Origin: an uncultured Thermococci archaeon
Lineage (GTDB): Archaea; Methanobacteriota_B; Thermococci; Thermococcales; Thermococcaceae
Length of the DNA: 17,253 nucleotides
NCBI GenBank assembly: GCA_964487115.1
Contig: CAZAPD010000093.1
Location: forward strand, 1-17,253
Direction: 5' to 3'
The notes beneath the pieces are model-generated. The model ran no database searches. It was not told where the DNA came from and saw only the letters and a list, made by a program, of their open reading frames with translations. How positions within the stretch are numbered: the stretch's first letter is position 1; each line of letters begins with the position of its first letter. Of the stretch, positions 7,805-15,232 are shown one piece after another. A program made the position numbers and the translations under genes.

Positions 7805-10210
7805 ATGAAGAGAGTACTTGTGCTAACGGTTATTCTACTGGTTTTCGTTATACCTTACACAAACGCTCAGACAGATTTCAAGATTTCGGAGAGAGGGTTC
7901 AGGCTGATGAGGTGGGAGGTTGGCGGGAAAAACATCATTAATGCGGGAGAAAGAGGAGCACTTGGAAAAAGCTATCCTCTATGGGATTGGTTCTTGGGCG
8001 AAGGATGGCCCGGTTCTCTGGCGACTGTGGACTATCTCACTGACAAAGAAGGAAACAGAGTTGTGGGGAAGGCAAAGATCGGTCGGATTTCCGTTGAGAA
8101 AATCTTTGAAGCGATCGATAAAAACAGGGCAAAACTTAGTGTGAAGCTAACAAACACAGGTGACAAAACTTTTAAAAGCGCGGTAAGCTGGGATGGTTTT
8201 TCCCTCGGTTATGCTCTCGCATGGGCAGGTTATCTTGGAAATCCCGGAGGAGAGCACCAGATATGGATTGATAACTCACTCCATATAGGTTCAGAAAACT
8301 GGGTGAGGATTGGGACAAAGTTGAAGGCCTTTGGGTTGATTGATTTCGGGGAAGGACTGATTGCACTGGTTTTCCCAGAGGAGGAGAGTAGGGCGCTTTG
8401 GCTTGAAAGTTCTGGCTGGGGGATGGAGGCGAGAGCTGAATTTCCACCCGTAATTCTCAAACCTGGGGAGAGCATAAGATATGATTTTGAGATTTTTGTG
8501 GGAAAAATCAATGACCTTAAAGATGCTTTTCCAGAGATTTACAGTGCCTTGAGACCGTATATCTCAAAGGAGAACTACAAGATAGTCTTTGAAACTCCAG
8601 ATTTTCCGGTTAAAGGGGAGAACATAGAAGTCAGGGTAAAATTCACTCCGAGGAAGTCGACTGAAGGCTTCGGAATCCTGAAAGCAAGGCTGAGCTGTGG
8701 GGAGAGCCGGGAGATTAAGGTGCCCCTTGATCGGGTCAGCATCATTACCCTGAAGGGAATCGCCCAAGAGGACTGCGGGGTTTATGCAAGCTTTGAACTC
8801 AATGGAACCCGTCTCTCTTCGACAGAAGAGCCGTTGAAAGTCTTCTCAAAAGGTAAAAAACCTCTTTACGTTGTTTTCATATGGCATAATCATCAAAGCC
8901 CCGGTGTCTGGCCGAACGGGACTCTTCACGGTCCGTGGGCCCTTGTGCATACCTATAAAAACGAGCTTGAACCGTACTATTCCGGAGGAGCATACTACTT
9001 TCATGCAAGTATTCTCCAGAAATACCCGCAGATAAAGATGACATATCATCTCTCCCCATCTCTTCTCTGGCAGTGGAACCTGAGTTACTCGGGGTGGTGC
9101 CAGAGTTATCCCCACTATCAGTGCTTTAACTCTACAGGTCCCGAGGCTAAAAAGGTTCGGGAAACGATAGGGCTTTACAGAAAACTTCACGAGAAAGGAC
9201 AGATCGAAATCCTCACCAGCTACTTCGCCCATCCGATAAGCGGATACCTCGCTTGGAAATATGGATGGTTTGATCTGCTCAACTATGAGCTATCACTTGG
9301 AAAGAAAACAACGGAGAAAGTCATGGGAGTGAATGCAACGGGGATGTGGCTTCCGGAGATGGCTTTCAGCATGAAGCTCGTACCTCTGCTGGAAAACCAC
9401 AGCATAACACATTTTCCTCTGGATGATCGCTGTCATCTGAACGTTATCTATTCCTATTCACCCTACCACCTTTACAGGATTCAGAATTCCTCTCTGCTGG
9501 TTCTCTTCAGGGATCACTCCATAAGCGATGATTTTGCCTTCAACAACAACTTTAGAAATGAGGACGAGGCGAAGGAGAAGGCGAAAGAGATTGTGGAGGA
9601 AATTCTGGCCGTGAGGAACAGGGATCCGGATGCAGAGGTTGTTACGATAGCAGCTGATGGAGAGAACTGGATAATCTTTTCAAACAATCCAGGGCTCACA
9701 GCAAAATATTTTGAATTCCTGCTTCAGTATTTGAGCAAGGCTCAAAATAAGGGGCTGATAAAAACTGCCACCTTTGAAGAGGTGACAAAAATCCTGAAGC
9801 CGTATAAGGAAGTTGAGCCCTTGACCACTTCTTGGCTGTGCTCATGGGACAAGTGGACCACAGAAAAGAAAGCAAAACAGGAACCGATGTGGAGGAAGGA
9901 TGAAGAGGTTTATTCACTGATTCAGGAGTACAGAAGCAAATGCGGTGATGATGGAACATACAGGAAGGCCCTCTACGGTCTGGCTCAGGCTTTAGACAGC
10001 GATTTCTACTGGGCAGAGTTCATATATGATAGGCACGTCTATGCATGGCTCAACTGGACTGAAAGTCTGATAGAAGAGAATATTGGGAAATGCACGGTTC
10101 AGCGGACAACCTCACAGCCACCTGCAGAAACAAAAGCTAAAAGTCCAGTATGTGGAACAGGTGCTTTAGTGCTCTTTGCTTTTGTTCCATTGTTCCTGAG
10201 AAGGAGGTGA
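7805..10210 (+). CDS. Secreted, cell-surface-anchored GH57-family glycoside hydrolase with N-terminal beta-rich domains and a CGP-CTERM-like tail
   Basis: Signal peptide MKRVLVLTVILLVFVIPYTNA. GH57 regions WHNHQ, GQIE, WLPE (nucleophile), ADGENW (acid/base) and ALDSDFYW. Tail CGT-hydrophobic-RRR. Alternative GTG start at 7784. Confidence 0.88.
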   Translation: MKRVLVLTVILLVFVIPYTNAQTDFKISERGFRLMRWEVGGKNIINAGERGALGKSYPLWDWFLGEGWPGSLATVDYLTDKEGNRVVGKAKIGRISVEKIFEAIDKNRAKLSVKLTNTGDKTFKSAVSWDGFSLGYALAWAGYLGNPGGEHQIWIDNSLHIGSENWVRIGTKLKAFGLIDFGEGLIALVFPEEESRALWLESSGWGMEARAEFPPVILKPGESIRYDFEIFVGKINDLKDAFPEIYSALRPYISKENYKIVFETPDFPVKGENIEVRVKFTPRKSTEGFGILKARLSCGESREIKVPLDRVSIITLKGIAQEDCGVYASFELNGTRLSSTEEPLKVFSKGKKPLYVVFIWHNHQSPGVWPNGTLHGPWALVHTYKNELEPYYSGGAYYFHASILQKYPQIKMTYHLSPSLLWQWNLSYSGWCQSYPHYQCFNSTGPEAKKVRETIGLYRKLHEKGQIEILTSYFAHPISGYLAWKYGWFDLLNYELSLGKKTTEKVMGVNATGMWLPEMAFSMKLVPLLENHSITHFPLDDRCHLNVIYSYSPYHLYRIQNSSLLVLFRDHSISDDFAFNNNFRNEDEAKEKAKEIVEEILAVRNRDPDAEVVTIAADGENWIIFSNNPGLTAKYFEFLLQYLSKAQNKGLIKTATFEEVTKILKPYKEVEPLTTSWLCSWDKWTTEKKAKQEPMWRKDEEVYSLIQEYRSKCGDDGTYRKALYGLAQALDSDFYWAEFIYDRHVYAWLNWTESLIEENIGKCTVQRTTSQPPAETKAKSPVCGTGALVLFAFVPLFLRRR

Positions 10211-10212
10211 AT

Positions 10213-11016
10213 TTATCCCTTGAGAAACCTCAGGATTTCCTTCTTAATCCTTTCTTTTTCCAGCTTTGCGATTTCTGCAAGCGAGAGCTTTTCTTCGAGA
10301 CTTAAGATGAATCTGTAGCCAAGGTAATAACCTAAGAATGACTTCCCAAAAAGTTGATACCATGAGCCGAAAAATGGATTGAGTGCTTCTTTTTCCCTGA
10401 TTCTTCTTAGAAACTCCTTCTTCAGGAGCTTTTCATTTTCCACGCACCATTTAAACCATCCTTTATTCTCAAAATGCCATGGCCGCCCTGTGATCAGATC
10501 CTCAATCCTCTGGGCAAAGCCCTCCGTATACAGCCATATCATTTCTTCTTCCTCTTCGAGCTTTTCTATATCCTCTTTCCTGAGTAGCCAGTGGATCAGG
10601 TGGCCAAACTCGTGTGAAATTAATCCGTTAAGTTCGTTATACCATTTAAGCTCTGCTATTGCTTCGAGACCAAAGAGAATCGAAGGTTTTTTCCTGAATT
10701 CAGTTACCCATCCAGCACCATTTTCAAGACCAACATAGATGACGATGTTATAATCTTCGTTCTTAATTCCGAAAATGCCTGCAACTATCTTCTCAACTTC
10801 GGGAAGAGAGTGTAGCAAATTTTCATGTGCGAGTTTAAGTTCTTCAACATTTCTTTTGTTCAGGAGATTTAGGTGTTCCTGCCAGTTCATTTTATATCTC
10901 TCATAATCCTGTTTGATCTTTTCAAAGAGCTCTGGATATCCTTGAATGTATTTCAGCCATGATTCATGAGTCCCATCCCAGTGCTTAATAAAATCAGAAA
11001 ATGTGTCGAGCATCAT
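10213..11016 (-). CDS. Putative Zn-dependent peptidase (HEXXH, DUF2268-like)
   Basis: ISHEFGHLIH, downstream EGFA (third ligand) and GYYLGY motifs. TAATG overlap with the upstream gene. Confidence 0.7.
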   Translation of the reverse strand: MMLDTFSDFIKHWDGTHESWLKYIQGYPELFEKIKQDYERYKMNWQEHLNLLNKRNVEELKLAHENLLHSLPEVEKIVAGIFGIKNEDYNIVIYVGLENGAGWVTEFRKKPSILFGLEAIAELKWYNELNGLISHEFGHLIHWLLRKEDIEKLEEEEEMIWLYTEGFAQRIEDLITGRPWHFENKGWFKWCVENEKLLKKEFLRRIREKEALNPFFGSWYQLFGKSFLGYYLGYRFILSLEEKLSLAEIAKLEKERIKKEILRFLKG

Positions 11017-11963
11017 TAAATTCCCCATGTCCCATTTTTCATCACGACTTTAAAGCTTTCTTTTCTGGAATATCTCTTTTTGAAATGATCTTCGACTGCG
11101 AATCTTATCAGAAACTCCCCGTGGCCGAGCACAACTCCATTTCTCCTGAGTTTTCTGGCTATCTCACCTAAACTCAGTGCTCCGTATGATGCGTAGATTA
11201 GGATTTTCTCATCCGGAAGCATGTTGTATTTGAATTCCCTTATAGTACCTCCAGCAATCTTAACCTCTGTATTTCCTCCCTCAGGTATGCTGAGGAGTAT
11301 CTTCACCTTTATCGATTTTTCGGGAGTTGAATATATCCTTCCCAAGAGTTTCTTTCCTTTTCCTTCCACATCCAGATAAACAGAACCCTTGGATGTTGGG
11401 ATGCTGAGAGATTTTCTGCAGATGACAGTGCCTTTATTAGCCATAAATAGCAGCATAACTCCTTCATATGGTCTGCTCAATATTTTCACCGCAGGAAAGC
11501 TTGCAAAACCTTCTCCCTCCGGAGTTATTATTAGCCTGAATTCTTCATCCAAGACTGATATACGTCTGGCTTTTTCTTTCTTCTCTGCCTTAAACTCCTT
11601 TATTGAATGCCTCCTCACGGATAGTAACCTTAAAGTAAGTGTGCCGTACTCAAACTCAAGCTCTGTAGGAAAGATGATACTATTCTCTCTTACTCTGGAA
11701 AATGAAGCCAGTTTTGCAGCAGCTCTCTCTTTCTGCATAATCTTCCTGAGTGAAAACAGGAGAAGTGCCACAATGACCGAAGCAAATATCAGATATATAA
11801 TAATGCCTATCAGAGTTGTCCTTGAAGCATTCCCCACCATCCGGAGCAGGGTGGAAATAGTGACTGCAACAAAGAAAATCAGGAGAAACGTTACCATCCT
11901 TATCACAAATTTTGTTTCTGGAGGTTCCAGCACAAACGTCTTCACCTTTGTCTCATCTCCCAT
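11016..11963 (-). CDS. Hypothetical membrane protein (two N-terminal TM helices, beta-rich soluble domain)
   Basis: 315-aa ORF abutting both neighbours; two hydrophobic stretches in residues ~20-72. Confidence 0.65.
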   Translation of the reverse strand: MGDETKVKTFVLEPPETKFVIRMVTFLLIFFVAVTISTLLRMVGNASRTTLIGIIIYLIFASVIVALLLFSLRKIMQKERAAAKLASFSRVRENSIIFPTELEFEYGTLTLRLLSVRRHSIKEFKAEKKEKARRISVLDEEFRLIITPEGEGFASFPAVKILSRPYEGVMLLFMANKGTVICRKSLSIPTSKGSVYLDVEGKGKKLLGRIYSTPEKSIKVKILLSIPEGGNTEVKIAGGTIREFKYNMLPDEKILIYASYGALSLGEIARKLRRNGVVLGHGEFLIRFAVEDHFKKRYSRKESFKVVMKNGTWGI

Positions 11964-12743
11964 TCAGATGTCCGAATGCTGAATAATCCACTCAACTATC
12001 GTTCTGTGAAACTCCTCTTCCCATTCCGGATCCTCAAAAATCTCATGATATGCACCTTTAAACTCCTTCAAAGTCTTATCTTCAACCCTCAACTTTTCAA
12101 AGAGTCTTCTTGCTCCTTCAGGGGGTGTAATGACATCACCCGTTCCTACGAGAATCAACACAGGGACTATAATCTTTCCCGCATTCTCATGAGCTTTCTT
12201 CATGTTTTCAAACACGCTCTTTCCTAAACCGGCTGAAATTCTGTCATGGACGAGGGGATCTTTTATATATCTCTCGACTGCCTCTGGATTTCTTGATAAT
12301 AGATTGGGGTCGAGTCCATTGCTAAGGGTTATCCACGGGGTGAGCGTGCCGAGGATCTTGGCCAGCCACACCATAAACCCTGCTGTTTTTGGACTTTTTA
12401 TAAGTGCTGGTGAAGAGGCTATGATTCCTCTGACGCTGTCTGGTTTTGTTTCAGCATATCTAATAACAGCCAATCCTCCCATGCTGTGACCGAAGAGGAA
12501 AGCTTTTTCTCCAATTTCTTCAATAATCTCGTCAAGGATTCTCATTGCCTGCTCAACTGTTGTATGTCCCCTCTTTCCGCCGCTTTTTCCATGTCCTGGC
12601 CAGTCAAAAGTGTAGACGGCGAAACCCACTCTGTTGAGCATGGAAATAAGCTTCTTATACCTTCCGCTGTGTTCTCCGAGGCCATGTACCAAAATAACCC
12701 AACCATGCGTGGGATGTCCAAACCGGGCTTTATAGATGTTCAT
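11964..12743 (-). CDS. Alpha/beta hydrolase (lysophospholipase / monoacylglycerol lipase-like)
   Basis: VHGLGEHSGRY, DWPGHGKS, GHSMGG nucleophile elbow, GTGD and YHEIF motifs. GAGGTG RBS before ATG 12743. Confidence 0.9.
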   Translation of the reverse strand: MNIYKARFGHPTHGWVILVHGLGEHSGRYKKLISMLNRVGFAVYTFDWPGHGKSGGKRGHTTVEQAMRILDEIIEEIGEKAFLFGHSMGGLAVIRYAETKPDSVRGIIASSPALIKSPKTAGFMVWLAKILGTLTPWITLSNGLDPNLLSRNPEAVERYIKDPLVHDRISAGLGKSVFENMKKAHENAGKIIVPVLILVGTGDVITPPEGARRLFEKLRVEDKTLKEFKGAYHEIFEDPEWEEEFHRTIVEWIIQHSDI

Positions 12744-12787
12744 CTCAGGCCACCTCGGTTTAAATATTAGACTCACCTGTAAAAAGT

Positions 12788-13444
12788 TCAGGATGAAAAA
12801 GGACTTTCTCTGAGCTTTTCACTGACGAAGCGCACTACTCTTTTGGTGTCCTTCTCTATCGTATCCAGTTCAGGCTTCATGAGGACATAAAAAACGTTCG
12901 TTTTAGGTGTCATGGAGACATGCTTGATATTCTGAGGTTTTGACATGGTCTCTATGAAGTATTTGAGCATCTCTACATCACGCCTCTTTTCGTAGAGTGC
13001 CTCATACTTTTTGCCTGCAATTTCAATTATTTCTCTCTGGAGGAGCTCCTCATCATCAATTCTGGGCTTTATGCGATAATAACCCTTCTGGATTAAATGG
13101 GCCTCCCGTTTTATCTTTGATTCAGGCTTTACTACAATATACAGTTTGTCGTGCCTGCTCGTCAGGAGAGATACTGGGAAGTACAGTATGCTCTGCCTCG
13201 GGAGGAGGGTGAGTGTGTATTCGAACTTTTTGATATTATCTCTATTAAGCTTATAATATGCCCTGAAGCCGATATACCCTCCAAGCCAGACATATTCTTT
13301 GTCCTCTGGCCGTACCACATCCTCTATCGAGCGGAGATAATGTTGCATTATCTGAAGATTTAACTTTCTTCCCTTATAAAACTGAATCGACGAAACTGCA
13401 GCCAGAACCATTATCGCAAGTATAACTCCCGATGTTACCTCCAT
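12788..13444 (-). CDS. Hypothetical N-terminally membrane-anchored protein, possible remote CCDC47/DUF1682-like
   Basis: One N-terminal hydrophobic helix followed by a basic soluble domain. GAGGAGGT RBS, directly after the upstream stop. The family guess is from motif resemblance only. Confidence 0.7.
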   Translation of the reverse strand: MEVTSGVILAIMVLAAVSSIQFYKGRKLNLQIMQHYLRSIEDVVRPEDKEYVWLGGYIGFRAYYKLNRDNIKKFEYTLTLLPRQSILYFPVSLLTSRHDKLYIVVKPESKIKREAHLIQKGYYRIKPRIDDEELLQREIIEIAGKKYEALYEKRRDVEMLKYFIETMSKPQNIKHVSMTPKTNVFYVLMKPELDTIEKDTKRVVRFVSEKLRESPFSS

Positions 13445-13446
13445 TA

Positions 13447-13746
13447 TCATACCTCCTCAACAGGATAATACCGTTGCAATGTCATATCATCAACTATCTC
13501 AAAGTATCCAAGTTTAAGTTTTTGTTCTAAAACTTCTGCGATTTCCTTGATAATTTTAACTTGGATTGGCCAGTTGACTGCCATTGAAAATGGTGTTGGA
13601 GGAGTGTTCCTTGCAAAGGCGACATAGATTATCGTTTTCTCCTCATCGGTGATGACTTTTGTCACGAGGCCCTCGCTAACTATGTCAACGTTTGTGAATG
13701 GATTTTTCACATTGCTGAGCATTTTAACTATCTCCTCAGCCCTCAA
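13447..13746 (-). CDS. DUF59-like (FeS assembly / PaaD-like) small protein, degenerate
   Basis: L..V.NP....DIVSEGLV..V pattern resembles the DUF59 N-terminus. GGAGGT RBS 7 nt before TTG 13746; overlaps the ATPase 3' end. Confidence 0.6.
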   Translation of the reverse strand: MRAEEIVKMLSNVKNPFTNVDIVSEGLVTKVITDEEKTIIYVAFARNTPPTPFSMAVNWPIQVKIIKEIAEVLEQKLKLGYFEIVDDMTLQRYYPVEEV

Positions 13747-14728
13747 GCACACTACCTCCAAGTCTTTCAAGCCGTTCAAGTCCTCTTGGTTCCTCAGCAA
13801 ACATGGGGATCCTGATTATATCTATGCCTCTAAACTTCTCCTCTATCCCTGAGAGAACTTTCTTCTGAGCGTCGAGCTTTACTCTGAGTTCAGGAATGTC
13901 TTTCTCCAGTGTTATGACCTTATTCACAACAATGAGGTTGAAAGGAATCTTGAACTTCTTCAGGCTTTTATAGGCTCTTTCCGTCTCGTAGAGAGGGAGC
14001 ATTTCCGGGTTCATGACGGCTATAACGCTCGTCTTATTGGGGTCTGTAATAACCCTTTCGACGAACTCTACCTCTGCGCGATAAGCCTTGAGCTCCTTCA
14101 TGACAGCATCGTCCTCCTCTTCTTTGGCCAGTTGAAATTCTTCTCCATCAATGACGAACTTTTGCTCTCCATGGATTTTAGCCACAGTTTTTCTCCTTTC
14201 AAGAATCTTACGCCTTATATCGATGAGTCGATCTGCCCAGATTAGGGAAATCCTCGGCAGTGCCAGAACACGGAGAGTTAAACCTGTTGGGGGAGTATCG
14301 AATACTATGATATCCCATTTGTTTCCTTCGGTGAGTATTTCTCTAACTGCTTCAAGTGTGGCATACTCCTCAATTCCTGGCGAATAGCTCAAAACCTCGA
14401 AATACTTTTCTAAATTTATAACAGTTAAGTAACGGTACATGTTCTTGAGATTCTTTTCAAGGTGCTTAAGGTAGCCCTTTATGAGTTTCTCCATGTCAAG
14501 TTCACTGGCATAGAGATTTTCGACAAGCTTTTTGGGTTTATCCGTGAGTTTGATCATAAACACGTCGCCCAGATTGTGCGCAGGGTCGAGTGAAACGATG
14601 AGCGTCTTATACCCCTTTTTTGCGAGAGCTACAGCTAAAGCTGCACTGGTTGTGGTCTTCCCAACACCCCCTTTTCCAATGACAAATATCGTCCTAAAAC
14701 CTGACTTTGGAAGCAGGTACTCCCTCAT
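13736..14728 (-). CDS. ArsA/Get3(TRC40)-family single-domain ATPase
   Basis: GKGGVGKTT, SLDPAHNLGD, SPGIEE, FDTPPTGLTLRVL, PE.LPLYETER, VVNKV and EPRG motifs. GAGGTGGGAG RBS. Confidence 0.92.
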   Translation of the reverse strand: MREYLLPKSGFRTIFVIGKGGVGKTTTSAALAVALAKKGYKTLIVSLDPAHNLGDVFMIKLTDKPKKLVENLYASELDMEKLIKGYLKHLEKNLKNMYRYLTVINLEKYFEVLSYSPGIEEYATLEAVREILTEGNKWDIIVFDTPPTGLTLRVLALPRISLIWADRLIDIRRKILERRKTVAKIHGEQKFVIDGEEFQLAKEEEDDAVMKELKAYRAEVEFVERVITDPNKTSVIAVMNPEMLPLYETERAYKSLKKFKIPFNLIVVNKVITLEKDIPELRVKLDAQKKVLSGIEEKFRGIDIIRIPMFAEEPRGLERLERLGGSVLEG

Positions 14729-14737
14729 GCTCCCACC

Positions 14738-15019
14738 TCAATCTATATCGAACATTCCAGCAACTTCAGCAAATACGTCATCGAGGTCAACAGCTCTCTG
14801 TTGCATTACTTTTATCTCTCTTACCATATGTGGCATCAGCCTTATCACAAGCGTCGTCGGGGGAGAGGGGATTCCTACAAATGACCCCATGAGGATAAGC
14901 GTGAAAACATTTTCAAGCTCCCTGAGCTCGAACTCTATATATTCCGTTGACTGTTGTCTAAATGAGTCTGCAAAACCCGTAAAAAACGCTCTGATGTCGT
15001 CTATAATTTTTTTACTCAT
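14738..15019 (-). CDS. Small CstA/ArsA-associated protein (93 aa)
   Basis: GGGGGT RBS; ELENVFTLILMGSFVGIPSP hydrophobic core. Resembles small proteins found between cstA and arsA in bacteria. Confidence 0.75.
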   Translation of the reverse strand: MSKKIIDDIRAFFTGFADSFRQQSTEYIEFELRELENVFTLILMGSFVGIPSPPTTLVIRLMPHMVREIKVMQQRAVDLDDVFAEVAGMFDID

Positions 15020-15022
15020 TTT

Positions 15023-15193
15023 TTAACCCCCAAATTGTCCGGCAGGTTTTATCTCCGCGTTCTTTGATATCTTTAACATATATCGGAGAATCCCTCGTAA
15101 TTCTTGTGTGTAGTTCAGCCAAAATCCTCTGTGAAATTCAAGCAGAAACCTGAATGATGATACCAGCTGGAAAACTCTTCTTATGTTCAACAT
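15023..15193 (-). CDS. Unannotated 56-aa ORF (MLNIRRVFQLVSSFRFLLEFHRGFWLNYTQELRGILRYMLKISKNAEIKPAGQFGG)
   Basis: Manual translation. Strong AAGGAGGGT RBS just before ATG 15193; TAA at 15025-15023, 3 nt before the next start. Below the ORF-track size cutoff. Confidence 0.55.
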   Translation of the reverse strand: MLNIRRVFQLVSSFRFLLEFHRGFWLNYTQELRGILRYMLKISKNAEIKPAGQFGG

Positions 15194-15204
15194 GATACCC
15201 TCCT

Positions 15205-15232
15205 TAAAAACTGAAAGAAAAAATGAAAGATC
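15205..15232 (-). terminator. Oligo-T tract after the cstA stop, possible archaeal terminator
   Basis: Minus strand reads TCTTTCATTTTTTCTTTCAGTTTTT immediately after the stop codon. Confidence 0.45.

Noticed and set aside
11389..11982. 197-aa plus-strand ORF
   Set aside because: Antisense shadow of the coupled minus-strand membrane protein gene; Ser/Ile-rich with no motif.
14532..15026. 164-aa plus-strand ORF and similar short antisense ORFs across the window
   Set aside because: Entirely overlap well-supported genes on the opposite strand.
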